NCBI GenBank assembly: GCA_963714895.1
Contig: CAVQQC010000020.1
Span: 21,985-85,984, forward strand
Length of the DNA: 64,000 nt
DNA from: Candidatus Sulfomarinibacteraceae bacterium
GTDB lineage: Bacteria > Acidobacteriota > Thermoanaerobaculia > Thermoanaerobaculales > Sulfomarinibacteraceae
Reading direction: 5' to 3'
Shown: one piece after another, positions 63,031 through 64,000 of the stretch
Numbering within the stretch: the stretch's first letter is position 1
How the letters are laid out: every line of letters begins with the position of its first letter
The notes under the pieces: generated by a model
The model's database searches: none
The model's input: the letters and a program-made list of their open reading frames with translations, nothing else
What the model was told of the DNA's origin: nothing
Position numbers and translations under genes: made by a program

Positions 63031-63837
63031 ATGACACGGCGCAAGGAAAATCTTCATCCGATCGAGGCGTCTGAACTCCACGCCCGCCGCGAGCGGGTGT
63101 TCCTCGTGCTCGCCGGTCTCTTTCTCGGGACCCTGGCGATGCTCAACATTCTCGGCATCAGCCGCTTCATCAAGCTCTTCGAAACCACCACCGGCGGCGG
63201 GACCCCGCTGGTCTTCGCGATCGCCATCGGCGTCCTACCCTACCCGATGACCTTTCTGTGCACCGACTTCATCTGTGAGTTCTACGGCCGCAAGCGGGCC
63301 AATCACGTGGTGTTTGTGGGTCTGCTGCTCAACATCTGGGTGGTCGCGATCATCTGGCTCGGCGGCGTGCTGCCCGGTTTCGAGACCATCGACCCGACCA
63401 CCGGCGCGATCGTTCGCGACGCCGCCGGCCGCCTGCCGGTGTTCTTCGAAATCCGCGCCCTGACCTTCGGCGCAGTGACGGCGTCGATGATCGCCTACAT
63501 GGCGGCCCAGTTCTGCGATGTCTACGTCTTTCACTTCTGGAAGAAGGTCACCAAAGGTCGCCTCTTGTGGGTCCGCAACAACGGCTCGACCATGGTCAGC
63601 CAACTCGTCGACACCACCGCCGTCATCCTCATCACCCACTATTTCGCCCACGCCCTGCCCATCGACCCCGCCCAACCCCTGGCCCGGCAACTCGCGCTCT
63701 TCATCTTCACCGGTTACGCCTTCAAGTTCGTCTTCGCCGCCCTCGACACCGTGCCCTTCTACCTCGGCGTGCGCTTCCTCAAGGGCTATCTCCAGCTCGA
63801 CCCCACCATCGATCACGACCTCGACGGCGGCCGCTGA
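63031..63837 (+). CDS. yhhQ: Queuosine-precursor transporter (YhhQ/VUT, DUF165 family)
   Basis: …GVLPYPMTFLCTDFICEFYGRKRAN…AQFCDVYVFHFWKK…LWVRNNGSTMVSQLVDTTAVI…. Confidence 0.8.
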   Translation: MTRRKENLHPIEASELHARRERVFLVLAGLFLGTLAMLNILGISRFIKLFETTTGGGTPLVFAIAIGVLPYPMTFLCTDFICEFYGRKRANHVVFVGLLLNIWVVAIIWLGGVLPGFETIDPTTGAIVRDAAGRLPVFFEIRALTFGAVTASMIAYMAAQFCDVYVFHFWKKVTKGRLLWVRNNGSTMVSQLVDTTAVILITHYFAHALPIDPAQPLARQLALFIFTGYAFKFVFAALDTVPFYLGVRFLKGYLQLDPTIDHDLDGGR

Positions 63838-64000
63838 CGTTCAACGTTGGGTTCTTGCGGAATCCGTGGGGTGAAGAGATGCCAAAGACATCGAACGAGA
63901 ACGAACACGGACATCAGATTCTGTATGAGCCGCGGAGCGGCGGCAGAAAATAGCCCGGGGCGTGAGCCCCGGGAACCGCGGTTCAAATTTTTGAAAAGCC

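Overview
High-GC (roughly two-thirds G+C) bacterial chromosomal segment. The gene content looks Acidobacteriota-like: a TIGR03436-type VWA protein, TonB-dependent receptors with a CarboxypepD_reg domain, and PD40 lipoproteins. I found no rRNA, tRNA, CRISPR, transposase or integrase genes. Coding content in order: a 5'-truncated RND pump; a TBDR / lipoprotein / TPR / VWA cluster; GFA; sulfatase-TPR; a DsrE-like protein; PilZ; a MacAB-like ABC efflux operon (adaptor, two FtsX permeases, ATPase); an SDR epimerase; class II ribonucleotide reductase behind tandem NrdR boxes; hutH and an acyl-CoA-binding protein; a nine-gene minus-strand operon that joins a four-subunit 2-oxoacid:ferredoxin oxidoreductase to NuoE/NuoF/NuoG-N-terminal-like (HydBC/Bfu-type) flavin/Fe-S proteins with no catalytic partner; an SGNH hydrolase; rhomboid-mutL; ftsK-uppP-rsmA; a trpEGDCF-[PD40 lipoprotein]-trpBA operon; asnS; Smr; an ArsR/HMA/DCC metal-redox trio; a nucleoside transporter-PD40-pabB-pabC operon; and yhhQ. 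Two features stand out. (1) Intergenic space is saturated with repeats: about 30 short tandem arrays of A/T-rich 7-9-mers at gene boundaries, often as complementary inverted pairs, plus several hairpin (REP-like) families. One of these is an ~88-nt hairpin present in 7 copies with compensatory stem changes. (2) Many genes, including essential ones, are broken by frameshifts, and the breaks are very unevenly distributed. This looks more like indel error in the assembly than biology.
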